From positions 12,454,591 to 12,518,590 of the forward strand of contig NC_057749.1 in NCBI RefSeq assembly GCF_004010195.1: 64,000 nt of DNA. Direction: 5' to 3'. Below the pieces are notes generated by a model. It did no database searches and was not told the DNA's origin. It worked only from the letters and a program-made list of their open reading frames with translations. The DNA comes from Chiloscyllium plagiosum. Taxonomy: Eukaryota. Below, piece by piece: positions 1 through 13,511 of this stretch. Numbering within the stretch: the stretch's first letter is position 1; each line of letters opens with the position of its first letter. The position numbers were made by a program, and so were the translations under genes.

Positions 1-2900
1 TACTAACCATGCCTTCTATATTCATATCCAGATCAGTTATATAACTGACAAACGAAAGAGAATCCAGGGCTGATCTCTGTGGAACACCACTGATCACATG
101 CCTTCAGTCCGAAAAACAACCTTCCACCATTACTCTGTCTCCTGCCGTTAAGCCAACTATGGAAGCAATTGGCAAGCTCGTCCTGAATCTCATGTGACCT
201 AACTTTACTAATCAGTCTACCAGGCGGAACTTTGTCAAAGGCTTTACTAAAATCCAAATAAACAACGTCTACTGCTCTGCCATCATCAATCTTTTTGCTA
301 ACTTCCTCAAAAGAACTCAATCAAGTTTGTGAGACATGATTTTCCTTGCACAAAACCATGCTGACTATCCTTAATCAATTTTTGCCTCTCTAAATATCCA
401 TAAATCCTATCTTTTATAATTACCTCCAACAATTTACTCACATGTCTATAGTTCCCCGGTTTCTCCTTACAACCTTTTCTTAAACAGAGCTGCAACATTA
501 GCAACCCTCCAGTCATCAGGCACTTCACCTGTACTTGTAGATGATGCAAATATTTCAGCAAGGGGTCTCGTAATTTCCTGTCTTATTTGCTAAAACTTTC
601 TGGGATACATTAGATCAGGTCCTGGAGATTTATCCACCTTTATATTCTCGAAGACTTCCTAAATTTCCTCTTCTGTAGTGTGAACTGTTTTTAAAACATC
701 AACATTTATTTGTGTGCATTTTCTAGACTCTGTTTCTTTATCCACAGTAAAAATTGACAGGAAATATTCATTTAGTATCTCCCATCTATTGGGTTCAACA
801 CAAAGATGATCGCCTTGATCGTTAAGAGGCCCTACTCTCTCCCTACTTACCCTCTTGCTCTTAATGTATTTGTAGAATTTCTTTGGATTATCCTTAACCT
901 TATCTGCCAATGCTATCTCATGTCCCCTCTTTGCCTTCCTGATTTCTCTCTTAAGGATGACCCTATCTTGTTTATATTGATTAAGAGATTCAGTTGAACC
1001 AAGTTGTCTATATATAAAATAAGATTCTCTTTTATTCTTGATTGGAACCTCAATATCTATATTCATCCATTTTTCCTTAGTCTTAGCAGCCTCACCCTTC
1101 ACTCTAAGGAACTCTCATCATCACATTCTTAAACACCTTCCACTTGTCAGACATCCTTTTACCTGTGAACAGTCTACTCCAATCAACTTTTGAAAGTTCT
1201 TGTCTCATATCATTAAAATTTGCCTTAGTCCAATTAAAAGCTTTAACTTTTATGGAAGGCTTATCCTTTTCCATAACTATTTTGAAACTAATAGAACCAT
1301 GATTGCTAGACCCAAAGCGTTCCCCCATTTTTAACTTCAGTCACCTGCCCTGCCTTATTGCCCAAAAGAAGGTCTAATTTTGCTCCTTCTCGAGAAGGAG
1401 CATCCAAATATTGATGATGATAAATTTTCTTGAACCCATTGAACAAATTCTTCACCATCCAAACCTTTAACACTACGGTAGCCATAGTCAATGTTTGGAA
1501 AATTAACATCCCCCATTATTGCAACCTTATTATGCTTACACATATGGGAGATCTCTCTCCATATTTGTTTCTCAATTTCCCTCTTACTATTGGGGGACCT
1601 ATAGTATAATTCCATAAAAGTGATCTTTCCTTTCTGATTTGTCATTTCTACCCATATATTTTTACTGGACGATTTTTCAGAAATATCTTGCCTAGTTACA
1701 GCAGTAATGTAATCCTTAATCAAAAAAGCCATCCCTCGCCCCCTTTCTTGCCTCCTTTTCTATCCTTCCTGTAGCATCTAAAACCTGAAGCATTGGGCTG
1801 CCAGTGTTGTCCATCTCTCAACCAAGTTTCTGGAATAGCTATGACAACCCAATCCCATGTTCTTAAATATGCCCCGAGTTCATCTGTCTCATCTGTAAGA
1901 CTCCTTGCATCGAAATAAATGCCATTTAGTTCTTCAGAGTTACCACATACTCTTGACTCTGTCTGTCTTTCTTTTCTATATGATGTGCTTTCCTCACATT
2001 CAGAACCTTCCCCACCAATCTTTCTAGTTACACTGCAGCTTTGAATTCTTCCACTCCCCCTCTCTTTCAGTATAAAGTCTCCCCTAATGGAATGAGCAAA
2101 TCACCCTGCTAAGATACTGTTCCCTTTCCAGTTTAGGTTAGACTCGTCCTTTTTGGATGGGTCTTTTCTATCACACAAGACATTCTAATTATCCAAAAAC
2201 CTGAACCCCTGAACAGTACACCAGCTCTTCACCCGTTGATTTATCTCCTTTAACCTTTTGTTCCTTCCCTCATTTGAGTTTGGCATTGGGAGTAAACCAA
2301 AAATTACTACTTTTAAGGTTCTATTTTTGATCTTTTACCAAATCTCTTAAATTCACACTGTACTGCTTTAATCTTTTCCTGATAAAATCATTCCTAGCAA
2401 TGTATACAATAATTACTGGCTTCTCAGTCTCATCTTTAACAATATGTTTGAAACGTTTAGATACAACGTCCTTAATCCCAGCACCAGGAAAGCCATAAAC
2501 CATCCTAAATTTACACTCACTGCCACAATCTATGCTCCTGACAGTAGAGTCCCCGATAATAATAATTCTATTAAATCTTGTCAAATGCTCCATGGCATAA
2601 TAATCATTCCAAGTGTCCAAAAACAGATTGCCCTTTCCATTTTCCTCAGAGAGACTATCCCTTTTTACAGTTCCAAAAACTCAATACCTATTTGATAGAG
2701 GAATAGCCACCGGAGACTTTTGAACTACGTTCTTACTTTTCTCAACAGTTATCCATCCATCTGACTGATTCTGCAGTGTAATAACTTTTCTAAATCTACT
2801 AGCCATCTCACTCTGTATTTCATATGTGCTCTTAATAATACTAAGCTTAAAAAGGTATTTCAGTAACACCTTACATATAAGTTACCCTTCATTACCTACA
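1..2900 (-). mobile_element. CR1-clade LINE, 5' part (esterase-like ORF1 remnant, APE endonuclease, start of RT), degraded; runs off the window start
   Basis: Fragmented ORFs with VDVVYLDFSKAFDKV, QHGFVQGKSCLTNLIEFF, YYRSPNS, MGDVNFPNID and ORF1 motifs PVAIPLSNRY / IIIGDSTVR (SGNH-like). Confidence 0.9.
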
Positions 2901-4151
2901 GAAAATAATGTTAAAATAGAAAAAATTCGGAATATATATCAAACATATAACATTTAAATAAAATCAACCAAATAGCTGATTAACTGAATAAAAAAGACTC
3001 CTCCTCAATAAATTCCTCAAACAAAAAGAAATCTTCTCCAGATCCGACCACGTGTAGGACTCCCTGGCATGAAAACATAACTTATTTTTAAAAAGAAAAG
3101 GTTTTTAAAAAGAAAACCTTTGCAATGTTAAAGAAAGCCTTCTAAAGCACATAGACTTGTTTAACTTCTGAATTTAGAATAAAAAATCCTGTGTTCACTG
3201 TGGGCCGTGTAAAGCTCATTTTGGAAAACGTCCATTTAAAACAAAATGTGATTTTTTTTTAATGGCTTTTTTGGTTTTTGAATGTTAATGAAACAAAATG
3301 AATAAAAATCTTGTATTAGTAAACTGTAAATATGTAATAACTTTAAAACATACATATAATAAATCTTTTAACTAAGCCTACAATTCTAGGAGCACCTGAA
3401 AGATCCATACTGCTTCTCTTGTCAACCTGGAGTATATCACCTAGATGAACTATCATCATTGTTCCCTTGCATTACGACAGACTATGTAATTATTTCTGAA
3501 ATAAGCCTAATTCTGTTCTTCATATTTTATTTCCTGGTTACTATGTAGTCTTACATTTTGACCTCATAAGCTGAAGGCGAAGTTAGATCAGCAGAAATAT
3601 TTGTATAAACACAAGTTGCTTGGAATGAAGACTCATTGGGGCCTGACAGCTTTTGAGCAACTATTGGCAGTATCTGGTGAAGATTGTGTAGATGGCCTTC
3701 AATATCCTGTCCACTGACCCAGCCATTCACATCTTCTGTATCTTAGGTGCTATCAACCATTTTGTCAAAAACCCTGGTCACCGTGATAAAAACAAAATGC
3801 CATTTTCCAAAAGAGTGTATTTGTACACTTATGTGTGTTTTACTATTATACTAACCATTTTTGAGGCCATTAAAAATTGCAATGATTTTGTTGAGAGTAC
3901 ATTTAATTGGTAAATTAGAAAAAATAAAATTAGTTAAGGATTTAGTGAGGAGTGGAGAAGCTTGTGGTGCGTTTCATTTCTTGGGTTGCAACTTAGTTGA
4001 CCTTCCCATCCCACAGGTGGGGTACATACCACTGCTCCAACTTTTAGATGCTGAATCATATTTATGATTTACAGGAAATGGGAAGAAAGTTTTAGTACAA
4101 ATCTTCACTGGATTGATGTCTTAATTCTTCCCACACCACTTGCACACTCCA

Positions 4152-4265
4152 CTCCTGAAGGTGCTGACTCTCACTGGGAGGCAGTTCCTGAAGGTGCTGA
4201 CTCTCACTGGGAGGCAGTTCCTGAAAGTGCTGACTCTCACTGGGACACAGTTTCTGACGGTGCTG
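4152..4265. repeat. 33-bp minisatellite, ~3.3 copies
   Basis: Unit ctgaaggtgctgactctcactgggaggcagttc repeated in tandem. Confidence 0.9.
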
Positions 4266-5842
4266 GCAGGTAGAAGGTTCATGAAAAACAATAATGGGCT
4301 CTTCAACTATGAAAAACAGTCTTTATCCCCACTGAGATCCATGATCCAAACAGGAATTACCAGGATTTAGCTCTCTGTTGGCCCCTGAGCATAGGTTAGT
4401 TATGGATTGTTGAGATTCCTGATGAATGGGACTCAGTCCTGGAAATCAGTTATTCTGTGATGGGATGGAAGCTGAAATAATGGGAAAAATCATATTATGG
4501 CCACATCTGTGGAGAGAAACAATTAACGTTTTGGCCTTCTATCAGAATTGGAGAAAGTTAAAAATGTAGTGTAATATTACATTTTTAATTTTCCCAGTTC
4601 CAGTGAAGGTTTGGGTTTACTAGTCCAGTGACATTACCACTTTGTCACAGCCCCCTTCACAATGAGGACATTGCAGTCATCAGACCATGAGGGAAGCAGA
4701 ATGGTTTAAGAGTTCCAGATATTATACAGTAGAACTATCTTCTAAGAGTCAGAGTTACTTGGAGGTGTTGTTACTGGGAAGGAGTATGTGACTGACACAA
4801 ACATCCATGAATTTTCTGAGCTTACAGCTTGGTTATAAGTCTTAACGAGTTTGTCTGAAATTTGATGAGGTATTGGATTAGTTGAAGCAAAGTGAAACAA
4901 GCAGGGAGTGCTTAGAGCCACTAACAAGACCCAGCGCAGCACAGGTGTTCGATGTGTTGATTATTTCTCAGCAAAATATTCGAGGGCCCAAATGACAGAT
5001 TTGCAGTGAGAACAGTGGGCTTTATTTCACATTAATAAGTAAGTGTCAGGCTGCATCTCATATTTCCATATGGTGAATTTTTAGACAGTAGAAGCATAGC
5101 CTCAATGTGCATCTGATTCGCATTTCTGAGATGTAAATAGTGCTTACCATTGAGCTTTGCTACAGCCTCCAGTCATACCTGCAAATCTCCATCCTTAATT
5201 ATTTCACTCTCTTCCCAGCCATGTTTTCCATTTCATTCCTCCTTCCTCCTTGTCCTGAAGGCTCTCACCTTTGCAGCAATATAACTTCCTGGGTTCAAGT
5301 AGCTTTCTTCTCCCTCAGCCAAATGACTGCATTCATGTGGACATGACGAGAGTAACTGTGGCACTTTAATCTTGAGGAGCTAGGCACTGGGGCAGCAAAG
5401 CTGATTTCACCATGTTGTGGCATCCAAGCCTTTGCTTTCTTCATGAACTCTTTGAATGGCTACAAGGAATTAGAATCTTGGTCAATCTCCCATCCTCTTT
5501 GTACTGAAATGAATGCCAGCTGCAGCTGAGATCTGTTAATTGTGTCGAGACTTGGCACTTGTGTGATGATCCTGTGACTTTGCTATTCTGAGTCACTTGG
5601 TAGCACACTGAACAGTGCATTTGTTCACCAGTCAATGTGACAATTTCAGCTGATTCCTTCATTCAGAGAGAAGTGTCACATTGGCTTGTTTCCTAGCTCA
5701 TTGAGGATTCTGTTGTAATACTCATATCACGATCTGTTATTTCTTCGCAAGATTGGGCAATTTTCATTAAAACATAAGGTGCTTATTTTGCAGAAACATT
5801 GTAACTTTTTTCATTTAATGTTGCTTCTCCATTTCTCTACAG

Positions 5843-6160
5843 AATCTATGATCCGAACATTCACCCCTTTCTACTTCACGGTGGAGCCAGCAGACACAGT
5901 AGCAATACGAGGGGCCTCCGTAATACTGAACTGTTCAGTGTTTGCTGAACCCAGGGCCAAAATTGAATGGAGAAAGGATGGGACATTCCTAAACCTGGTT
6001 TCAGATGAACGCAGGCAGATGCTTCCAGAAGGTTCACTGTTAATACGGAGCGTAGTACATTCCAAACACCACAAACCTGATGAAGGATTTTATCAGTGCG
6101 TCGCTACTATCGATAGCCTGGGGACAATTGTGAGTCGGACAGCAAAGGTAACAGTGGCAG
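5843..6160 (+). CDS. neo1: Neogenin exon encoding Ig domain 1 (equivalent to human exon 2)
   Basis: Translation (E)[18 protein letters not shown]...[34 protein letters not shown] matches neogenin Ig1. Pyrimidine-rich acceptor ttctctacAG at 5841-5842 and donor GTATGT at 6161; 318 bp, phase 1-1. Confidence 0.96.
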
Positions 6161-9100
6161 GTATGTACTATTGTGGAGCGTTACCCTCCAAGGTCACTCC
6201 ATTTACTCTATAATTTGTGCTATTGCTGAGATACTTGGAACCTCTACATTCCAGTCACCTTTTCCAATTTCAAGTCTTTGCCATGAACACGCACAGAGCT
6301 TCAACTTCTAGATCCCATTCCTGTACTCAATATAATCACTGTCCTACTCCTTTTGTTTCAAGCAAATTAAATGCCCCCTCTCATCCATCCTCATTACCAG
6401 TATTGTATGCAACAGTTGGTTAAACTCTGGCAGTCATTTTGGTCATCCTTGCATCTAGCTCCTGCCAACCTGTGGCTAGTATTTTTTGACTCTTATCACA
6501 GAATCTGGGTGGCAGAGGTAGGAATAGAGTATGAAAATGAAATCTCTTCCTCTGGGTGTCTCAGTGGCTTTTGGTAGGTTTCTATGTTTACATAGGATGC
6601 TTGTCTCTGCCCTGCCATACGCCACTGTGCAGTGCACGAGAAGCTGGTCCAATGATGTTAATACCCATCAAAGCAGTTACTCGCTGGCTGTCGCTAGAGC
6701 TTAGCAAATTACCAAAATCTAGGGAATAATTCAAGTCGAGTTTTCTTGGGCTTTTGGAGAGTGTATGCACTTAATATTTGGTCCTCTTTAGAGACAAAAC
6801 AAGTGCATTTTCTGGTTAGTTTTACCATTAGAACTTTAAAGGCATCAGACAGATTGTTCCTGATATCCTGGGACCATCGTCTGGTCTATAGCAATCAGGC
6901 CTGTTATAGACTTCTTAAAAAAGCAGAGCAGTCTCAAGGACCTCATTTGCCAGTTTCTTGACCCCACTGTTTTCCAATCGCTGACTGCGTTGGCCCTCTA
7001 CGAGTGTCAGTTCTGACAGTGGGGTATGTAACATTTTCTCAGTTATAGGTACATGAACCAAGTCCTGTGTAGATAATTTCTTGTTGGATTAAGAAGAGGA
7101 ACCTCAGTCGAACCCTATCCTAGTTCTAACCTAGGGGCACTCACATGCGTTGTAGTAATTCAGCTGCTGTTTCGTTCAGTGCGGAGAATGGGGTGAATGT
7201 GGTGCTTATGGTCTGTGTAGGTTATTTTCATGCTGGGTGGTGAATTTACTGTTTGAAACATGAGAGAGTTGTAGTATCTGGACATTATAGTCAGGCAAGG
7301 AAGACTATGCAGTGAGCAGTGTCATTCCTGATTGAATAATTCAAGTTGAGTGAGGTTTTTGTACATTCATTAAGATGGCTCAATCCATCCTGAACCCAGG
7401 GAATATTTATGTTCTGCTCAGACGTGTAAAACCTTTTTCCCTTTTTATTCTGGAATTTCCTTTGACCTGGATTGGGTTTTGTAAATTGGACAGCATTTGA
7501 ATTGAATAAATAAATATAGTGTAAAATTTGCGAGTGCTGAGTTTTCTCAGTAATTTAATTTAAATTGTGTTTCAGAACTCAGTTTCACACCATGTCTAGC
7601 TTGTTACTAATTAGCAAATTGAGTTCAGACTTTGCTCTTGCCTTACATTGGGGCACTTTGATGGAACTCAGAACTGTGCATATTATTAGTCTGTAGTAAA
7701 TTATACAGTGTCGCAGGCATGTCATTGTAGAAATGATTGAATTGAATATAATAATTATCATATGTTCATCAATCTAATGTTTTCAGAATAGTACCAATTC
7801 TTGGATAATGTGTTGAAGCCAGTACTGTCAGTTCTGCACATTCTATCCAACAGCTTATCATCTCACTTCAGTATTTTGTCCCTTTCCTCATTTGCTAAGG
7901 CTGTTGACTTTTGTTGTTGCCAGGGACCTGTTGCTTTCCATTACATTGTCTTGTCTCGCTTGACCAGCAAGTTACCAAAATTTCCACCCTGGGTGAAGTA
8001 TTCACTCTGGCATGACTGTGAACAGGCTCTAACTTTGAAACTCTGTAGTTCACATGCCATAGTCTACACTGGAAATGCTTTATTGCAGCCCTTGAGGCTT
8101 TCCACGCTATGATGGAAAGCAGTAGATTAAGGGTTTTTTATTGAAATAAGCTGTGAATTTTTTTAAATCCGTTTCAGTCAGTGTTTGAAACGCCTACTTT
8201 TGATGCATCTTTAATTCAAATGTTACGGAATTTCAACATTTTGTTGAAGCTTTTGATTTTGCACTCATCTCACCTTGGTTTTGCAGTGAATATACGTGTT
8301 CTTTCTGTTTGCAAAGACCAGGACTTGGTTTATTAATATGTATCATCCAGTACACACAGTGTGCTATACTGGGAGTTCAACTGACCATCATAAATTGGTT
8401 GTCAGCATCATTCTTCATGCTCAGGATAATCCAGCAAATCCAGACGCATAAATCATATCCAATGTTACAGACTGTGTTATGAGTTTTGCAAATGCTGGCT
8501 AATGGGATATGGTCAGTACCTTTTTTTTTTAACAGGATGTTGTGAACAGCTGAAGGGATGTGCTGTTTGACATGATTTGCCAGTTTTTAGGATCTACATC
8601 TACGTACCTGATGTTACACCACAGCATTAAAATTCATATCCTTTCTTATTCATTTATTTAACACACCAAATTTTCTTTGCCTTTTGAGTAATTCTGACAA
8701 TTCATAATTGATTTTGAATATTGATTTCCCATGTCAGCTGAGGCTCTGTTGCTTGCAAACTTGCCTCTAGGTTAGAATGTAGATGTTTTCAGACGTTGGG
8801 CCATATTGTCCTGGCTCACATTCCAGTATGATGGAGTCTTGTTGACTCTTGTAGAAACTTTCAGCTCAAAACATTATCAGTTTCATTTCTTCAAAGATAC
8901 TGCCAGACTTGAGCTGTCCTGCATTTTCTGTTTTTATTTGAGATTTCCAACATCTGCTCTATTTTGCTTTTATTTGAATATATAATAGAATGCTGCCTAT
9001 GAGTATTTCATGGTTAGAACTACAAGAATTGTACCAGAAATATTTCCATAATTAAACATATACATTTACATAGAATTTTACCATTTCAGTAAATATGTCT

Positions 9101-9699
9101 CAATTCAGTATAATGCTGTAAAGTGGGGTGATTGTTGTGTTGGCAATGTGCTACTGTATTGTATACAGAAAAACCCAATTGGAAGATGGAATATTTCAAT
9201 TCAGCTATAGGAGCATTCACTCTGGCCTTCGATTTGATGTATGAAATAAAGGGTGGTGTCTCCAACAATGTGGTACTCCCTCGGTATTGCACAGAATCCA
9301 GCTGAGGTGACTTTGTACGTCTCAGCTATGTATGACAGAATTTATTTGACAGTTTTTGCCATATTGTATGAAGAAAAATATTGCATGTGTTTGGCGCAGA
9401 AGATTTGATGTAATGAATTCTTACCCACAAGTAACAGCTCCACGTGATTCGAAGCCATATGGAGCAGAAAGTCACAGGTTCGATACCCGCTGTCTGCTTA
9501 GGTTGGCTGATTCCAGTTCACTAACAGCAGAACTGCTGTATTTATTCTCAGCAGCCATAGGCTGGAAGGTTTTAAAAAAAAGGGTTCCTGCTGTTGATCA
9601 CAATCCATTGACTTGTACAGGAAGATTCCTCAAGAGAAGGATAAGATTGAATTCAATTGTATGAAAGGGACTGGATTCAGATCTCTTCAGAAGAGATGT

Positions 9700-10580
9700 G
9701 TAGGCCTTGGAATGGGTGCACACTGAGAATGACTCCAAGGCTAAATGGATTAAATGTCAAAGAGAGCTTGCATTGCTTATGTTCTATTTTTTTGAGAAGT
9801 TTGGGAGTGATGCATTTTAGATGATTAAAAATTAGATAGAGGGAAACTATTTTCTCTGGTAAAGTGAGAACCTATAAAAGCGACCATAATCTTAAAATTA
9901 TGTTCACAGTTGGTATATCCGAATTGAATTCAAAGTAGGAGATATTGTCAAAGGGTCCTAGATGCCAGGTAATTGTCCATCAGAAATGTTAACATCCAGG
10001 TCTATTCCAATTAGCCAGTATATCAGGACTTCTGAGGAGACCCGTAGCACATTTTTTCTGGGCACATTGCTACAGAAACTGTCTTCCAATTGGAAGATCT
10101 GTGTTCAAGAGTTCTCACTTTTAAGATGGAGATGAGAAGTGTCATTAGTCTGTGGAATTCTGTTTCCCACAAACAGTGTAAACGGTGTCACTGAACGTAT
10201 TCAGAACTGAGGTTGGTAGGCTTTTGATAGACAAGGGAATCAAAGGCATTGGAGGACAGGCAGGAAGGTGGAGTTGAGATCGCAATCAGATCAGTTGTGA
10301 CCTTAGTAAATGGCTAAAGAGGCTCTTGGGGCTGAATGACCTAATCCTGCTCTCAAGTCTTTTATTCCTATAACAGGAAACATTCCTTCATTGAAAGGAT
10401 AGTAGGAATTTGGAATTCTATTCCCCATAAATGCTGCTGAGGCTGAGAGTCAGTTGAAAATTTACTAAAACTGAGACTGTTTGATTATTGATTTATTATA
10501 AGTGATGAACTGAGGTAAGAGATGGGCAAACCATGAATGACAGAACAAGCTCGTTTGAATGGCCTCCTCTTGTTTTATGG
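9700..10580 (+). mobile_element. Cluster of old CR1 3'-end fragments
   Basis: Degenerate CR1 3' motifs (gagatgag...tctgtggaattc...gggctgaatgacctaatcctgctc). Confidence 0.6.
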
Positions 10581-11679
10581 TCTGATATGATGCTGCATGT
10601 TTTAATTAGCCAAGAGTAGTCAATGTGTAGGTTCACAAATGAAGACTAGCAGTCTGAATGAAGTGGCAAAATATAGTATGTGCAGAGCTGAACACCAGCA
10701 AAAAAAATTGTGAAATTATATCTGTAGACATTGATTGTGACAGTGGGCTCATGTGAAGGTCCTGCCAGAATTCTGATTACTGTGAACACAGAAGTAGAGT
10801 CATTGACCCATCAGCATCTGCTAACTACTTCCCACCTCCAATGTGGCTGCAGTATCTAATTACTATCAGCTTTGCTTTCATTGTGTGAACGCCAACAGGA
10901 TTTTCAGTTGCCAGGTTACGGAAGAGAGAGAGAATGAGCTGATGCTGAATATTTGGCATCCAGTAACTCTGTGTTGTGCTATTTCTATAAATGTAATGAC
11001 TACATTTCACAAATACCTGTATTTCACTAGCTGTAAGACAATTTGGAATGTACTGAGTTTGTTAAGGGTGCTATATAAATGCAAGTCTTTCTTTACTGAG
11101 CTTAGAAACTTGCTAATTAGTGGAATGTTGCTTGATATTAAAGCTGTTTTTACTTGCTAAGTGAGACCCTGTAAAGTGCTATGAATGAAGGGAGAGACGG
11201 CCAGTGTTCCGTGAATCTCGTGGCTGGTAAACTTTATAATGGTATGTTTGCCCAGTCATTGTTCCTATACATTTTATGGTCACTTTACATCTGGCTCCAA
11301 GAGAATGGTGCTTTCTGAAACTGGCAGTGTTCAGATGGAAGAGTGATTCACTGCTGCCTGCTGGTTTTCACTAAATTTACTTCGAGTTACTAGCACTAAT
11401 TATAGGAAAAATCACACTTCTAATTTGTGATGTGCTTCAGTATAATATTCACATAGTCAGTTTGAATTGCTTTCTCCAGTGATAGCTGTAATTACTTTAG
11501 CTCCAACTGAATATGCTCCAATCCTTAACACAGTCAAATTTCCAAGAAAACCTATAATTTTATTATGGACATTTGACAGTTTTAAGTGACTGTTTGTTTC
11601 CCAGGGCCTCCAACCTTTGGTGCTATTGCCTTACCTTCAGTGGCACCTTATCACTGCTGAAATCAAAGGAGTAGGAGGT

Positions 11680-12040
11680 GACTTGATTTAAATATAAGAG
11701 CTTGAAGGAAGTCTTGACAGGGTGGCATGGAAAAAATGTTATCTCTTGTGGAAAAGTCTAGAATTGGAGTCACTGTTTTAAAAAAAGAGACCATCCTTTA
11801 AGACAGAGATAGGAGAGTCTTTTTCTCCAGAAGGTCAAGTATTTTTGGATCTATCTTCCTTTAATGGCTGTGATATTTGTAAAGCAGAGGTGAATGGATT
11901 CTTGGTAAGCAGAGGGGTGAAAGGTTGTCAGGTAGGCAAGAATGTGGGGTTGAGGTTACAATCAGATAAGCCATGATCATATTAAATGGTAGAGCTAGCT
12001 TCATAAGCAAAATGGCATATTCCTGCCCCTAATTCGTGCA
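11680..12040 (+). mobile_element. CR1 3' fragment
   Basis: RGDLI-type end of ORF2 (aggaggtgacttgatt) followed by a typical CR1 3' UTR. Confidence 0.65.
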
Positions 12041-12189
12041 TTCATATGTAATTAATATGAACTTTACCCCTGCTGTTTCCAACCTTGGAGCTGTTTAACA
12101 CTGTGACCCTTGGCCCTTTACCTGAGCTTCCCAGTGGTAAAAATAGGCTTTTGAGACATGGAATAAAGCCACTGAGATAAATAGAGTTT

Positions 12190-12690
12190 TCACAAGATGG
12201 AAGGATGGACATGAGCATCATGTCCACACTCGTCGTTCGTCTATTCTAATCCCATTTTCCATCACTTGGCCTGTAGCTTTATATGTATGGTATTTAAAAT
12301 GCATTAAGTTCTTTGTAGATGTCTTAAGTCCTCTACTACCCTATCAGGCAGCAAGTTCCAGAAATCCAGTACCTTCTGGATGAGAAAGATTTTCCTCCAA
12401 TCTCCTCTAAATCTCCTGCTCCTTACCTTAAACCTATGCCCCCTGGTTATTGATCCTACTCTACTAAGGGGAATAGTCTCTCCATACCCATCGTGTCTGT
12501 GACCCCTCCGAACTTAGTACATTCAAACAGACCAACCCTCGGCTGTCTCTGCTGGCTCCCTTGCTGTTTGTTTTATACACTAATGATTTGGACGTGAATG
12601 CCCTCTACTCTAAGAAAAGCACACCTATCTAGTGTCTCTTCCCAGTTGAATCCCTCCAGCCCAAATTACATATTCCACTGCAGCCTCTCT
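12190..12690 (-). mobile_element. CR1 3' fragment
   Basis: Reverse-strand CR1 tail motifs (ccttaccttaaacctatgccccctggtt). Confidence 0.6.
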
Positions 12691-12972
12691 CATGTGGGGG
12701 GGAGGGGGTGGGTGGCGGCTGGCGGGGGTGTGGATTTTGGTGGGGTGGGTGAGTGATGAAGGGGGTGGGTCTGTTTGGGGTACTCTTTGGGGGGTTGGTG
12801 CAGACTCAGTGGGATGAATGGCCTTTATCTGTTTTGCAGAGATTTTATGATCTTTAATTATGTGTTTGAGATAATAAGGCAGTTCGGACTCGGTGATGTT
12901 TTCCTGTGCTACCTCATCCTAGTGACTGCTCTAAGTGTGTGAATCTGGGCCAGCGGTGTTCATGGGCTGGAC

Positions 12973-13511
12973 CGGAATGGGACTATTTGGCGCCGATCAT
13001 TTGGCCCCGCCGTTTTGGCTCTAAACTGTTTTGGCACTCATTACTTTGGTGCTGAGGTGTTTTGGCGCCAATACATATAGATAACCATCGTGTGAAAATT
13101 TTGGTTTGTCTCTCTTGCTTAGAATGTTTTCAGCCATTTCTGGTATGGACTCTACAAGAAAATAGAAAGAAAATTGTATTACAGCTTTCCAATCTGAAGA
13201 CAGAAGGGCTTAAGTGTCATCAAGGCAGTAGATGACTATTAACAATTGTTAAGTGAGAAAATGATTACAAAACGAGATTTGAATCTACAGCGGATCATTA
13301 CAGCTTTGACTATCAACTCTTGCTAGTTGAGAAAATTATATCGGGTCGTTAGTCATCCTCTCTTCTATAACCAAACAAGACTTTTTTTAAAATTCTGAAT
13401 TGGCGCCAAAACAGCTCAGCGGCAAAGTAATGAGCGCCAAAACAGTTTAGAGCCAAAACAACGGGGCCAAATGATCGGCGCCAAAAGGGCGACGCCAAAA
13501 CAACCTGACCC
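12973..13511. mobile_element. Non-autonomous DNA transposon with ~90-bp subterminal inverted repeats, Mutator/MuDR-like
   Basis: 12986-13072 and 13400-13484 are near-perfect reverse complements built of ttttggcgcc-type modules. Flanks share ctggac (ggctggac / tactggac) as a degenerate TSD. CpG-rich arms sit in CpG-poor DNA. Confidence 0.7.

Noticed and set aside
4152..4265. 33-bp repeats as a CRISPR array or coding repeat
   Set aside because: The repeats are contiguous with no spacers, the context is eukaryotic, and the ORFs arise only because 33 is a multiple of 3.
5779..6213. ORF as a standalone gene, or as DCC
   Set aside because: It is a spliced exon with intronic read-through at both ends; residues and exon phases fit neogenin.
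12694..12800. G-quadruplex-like G-rich tract
   Set aside because: It appears to be an expanded G-rich part of a SINE/CR1 tail; there is no evidence of function.
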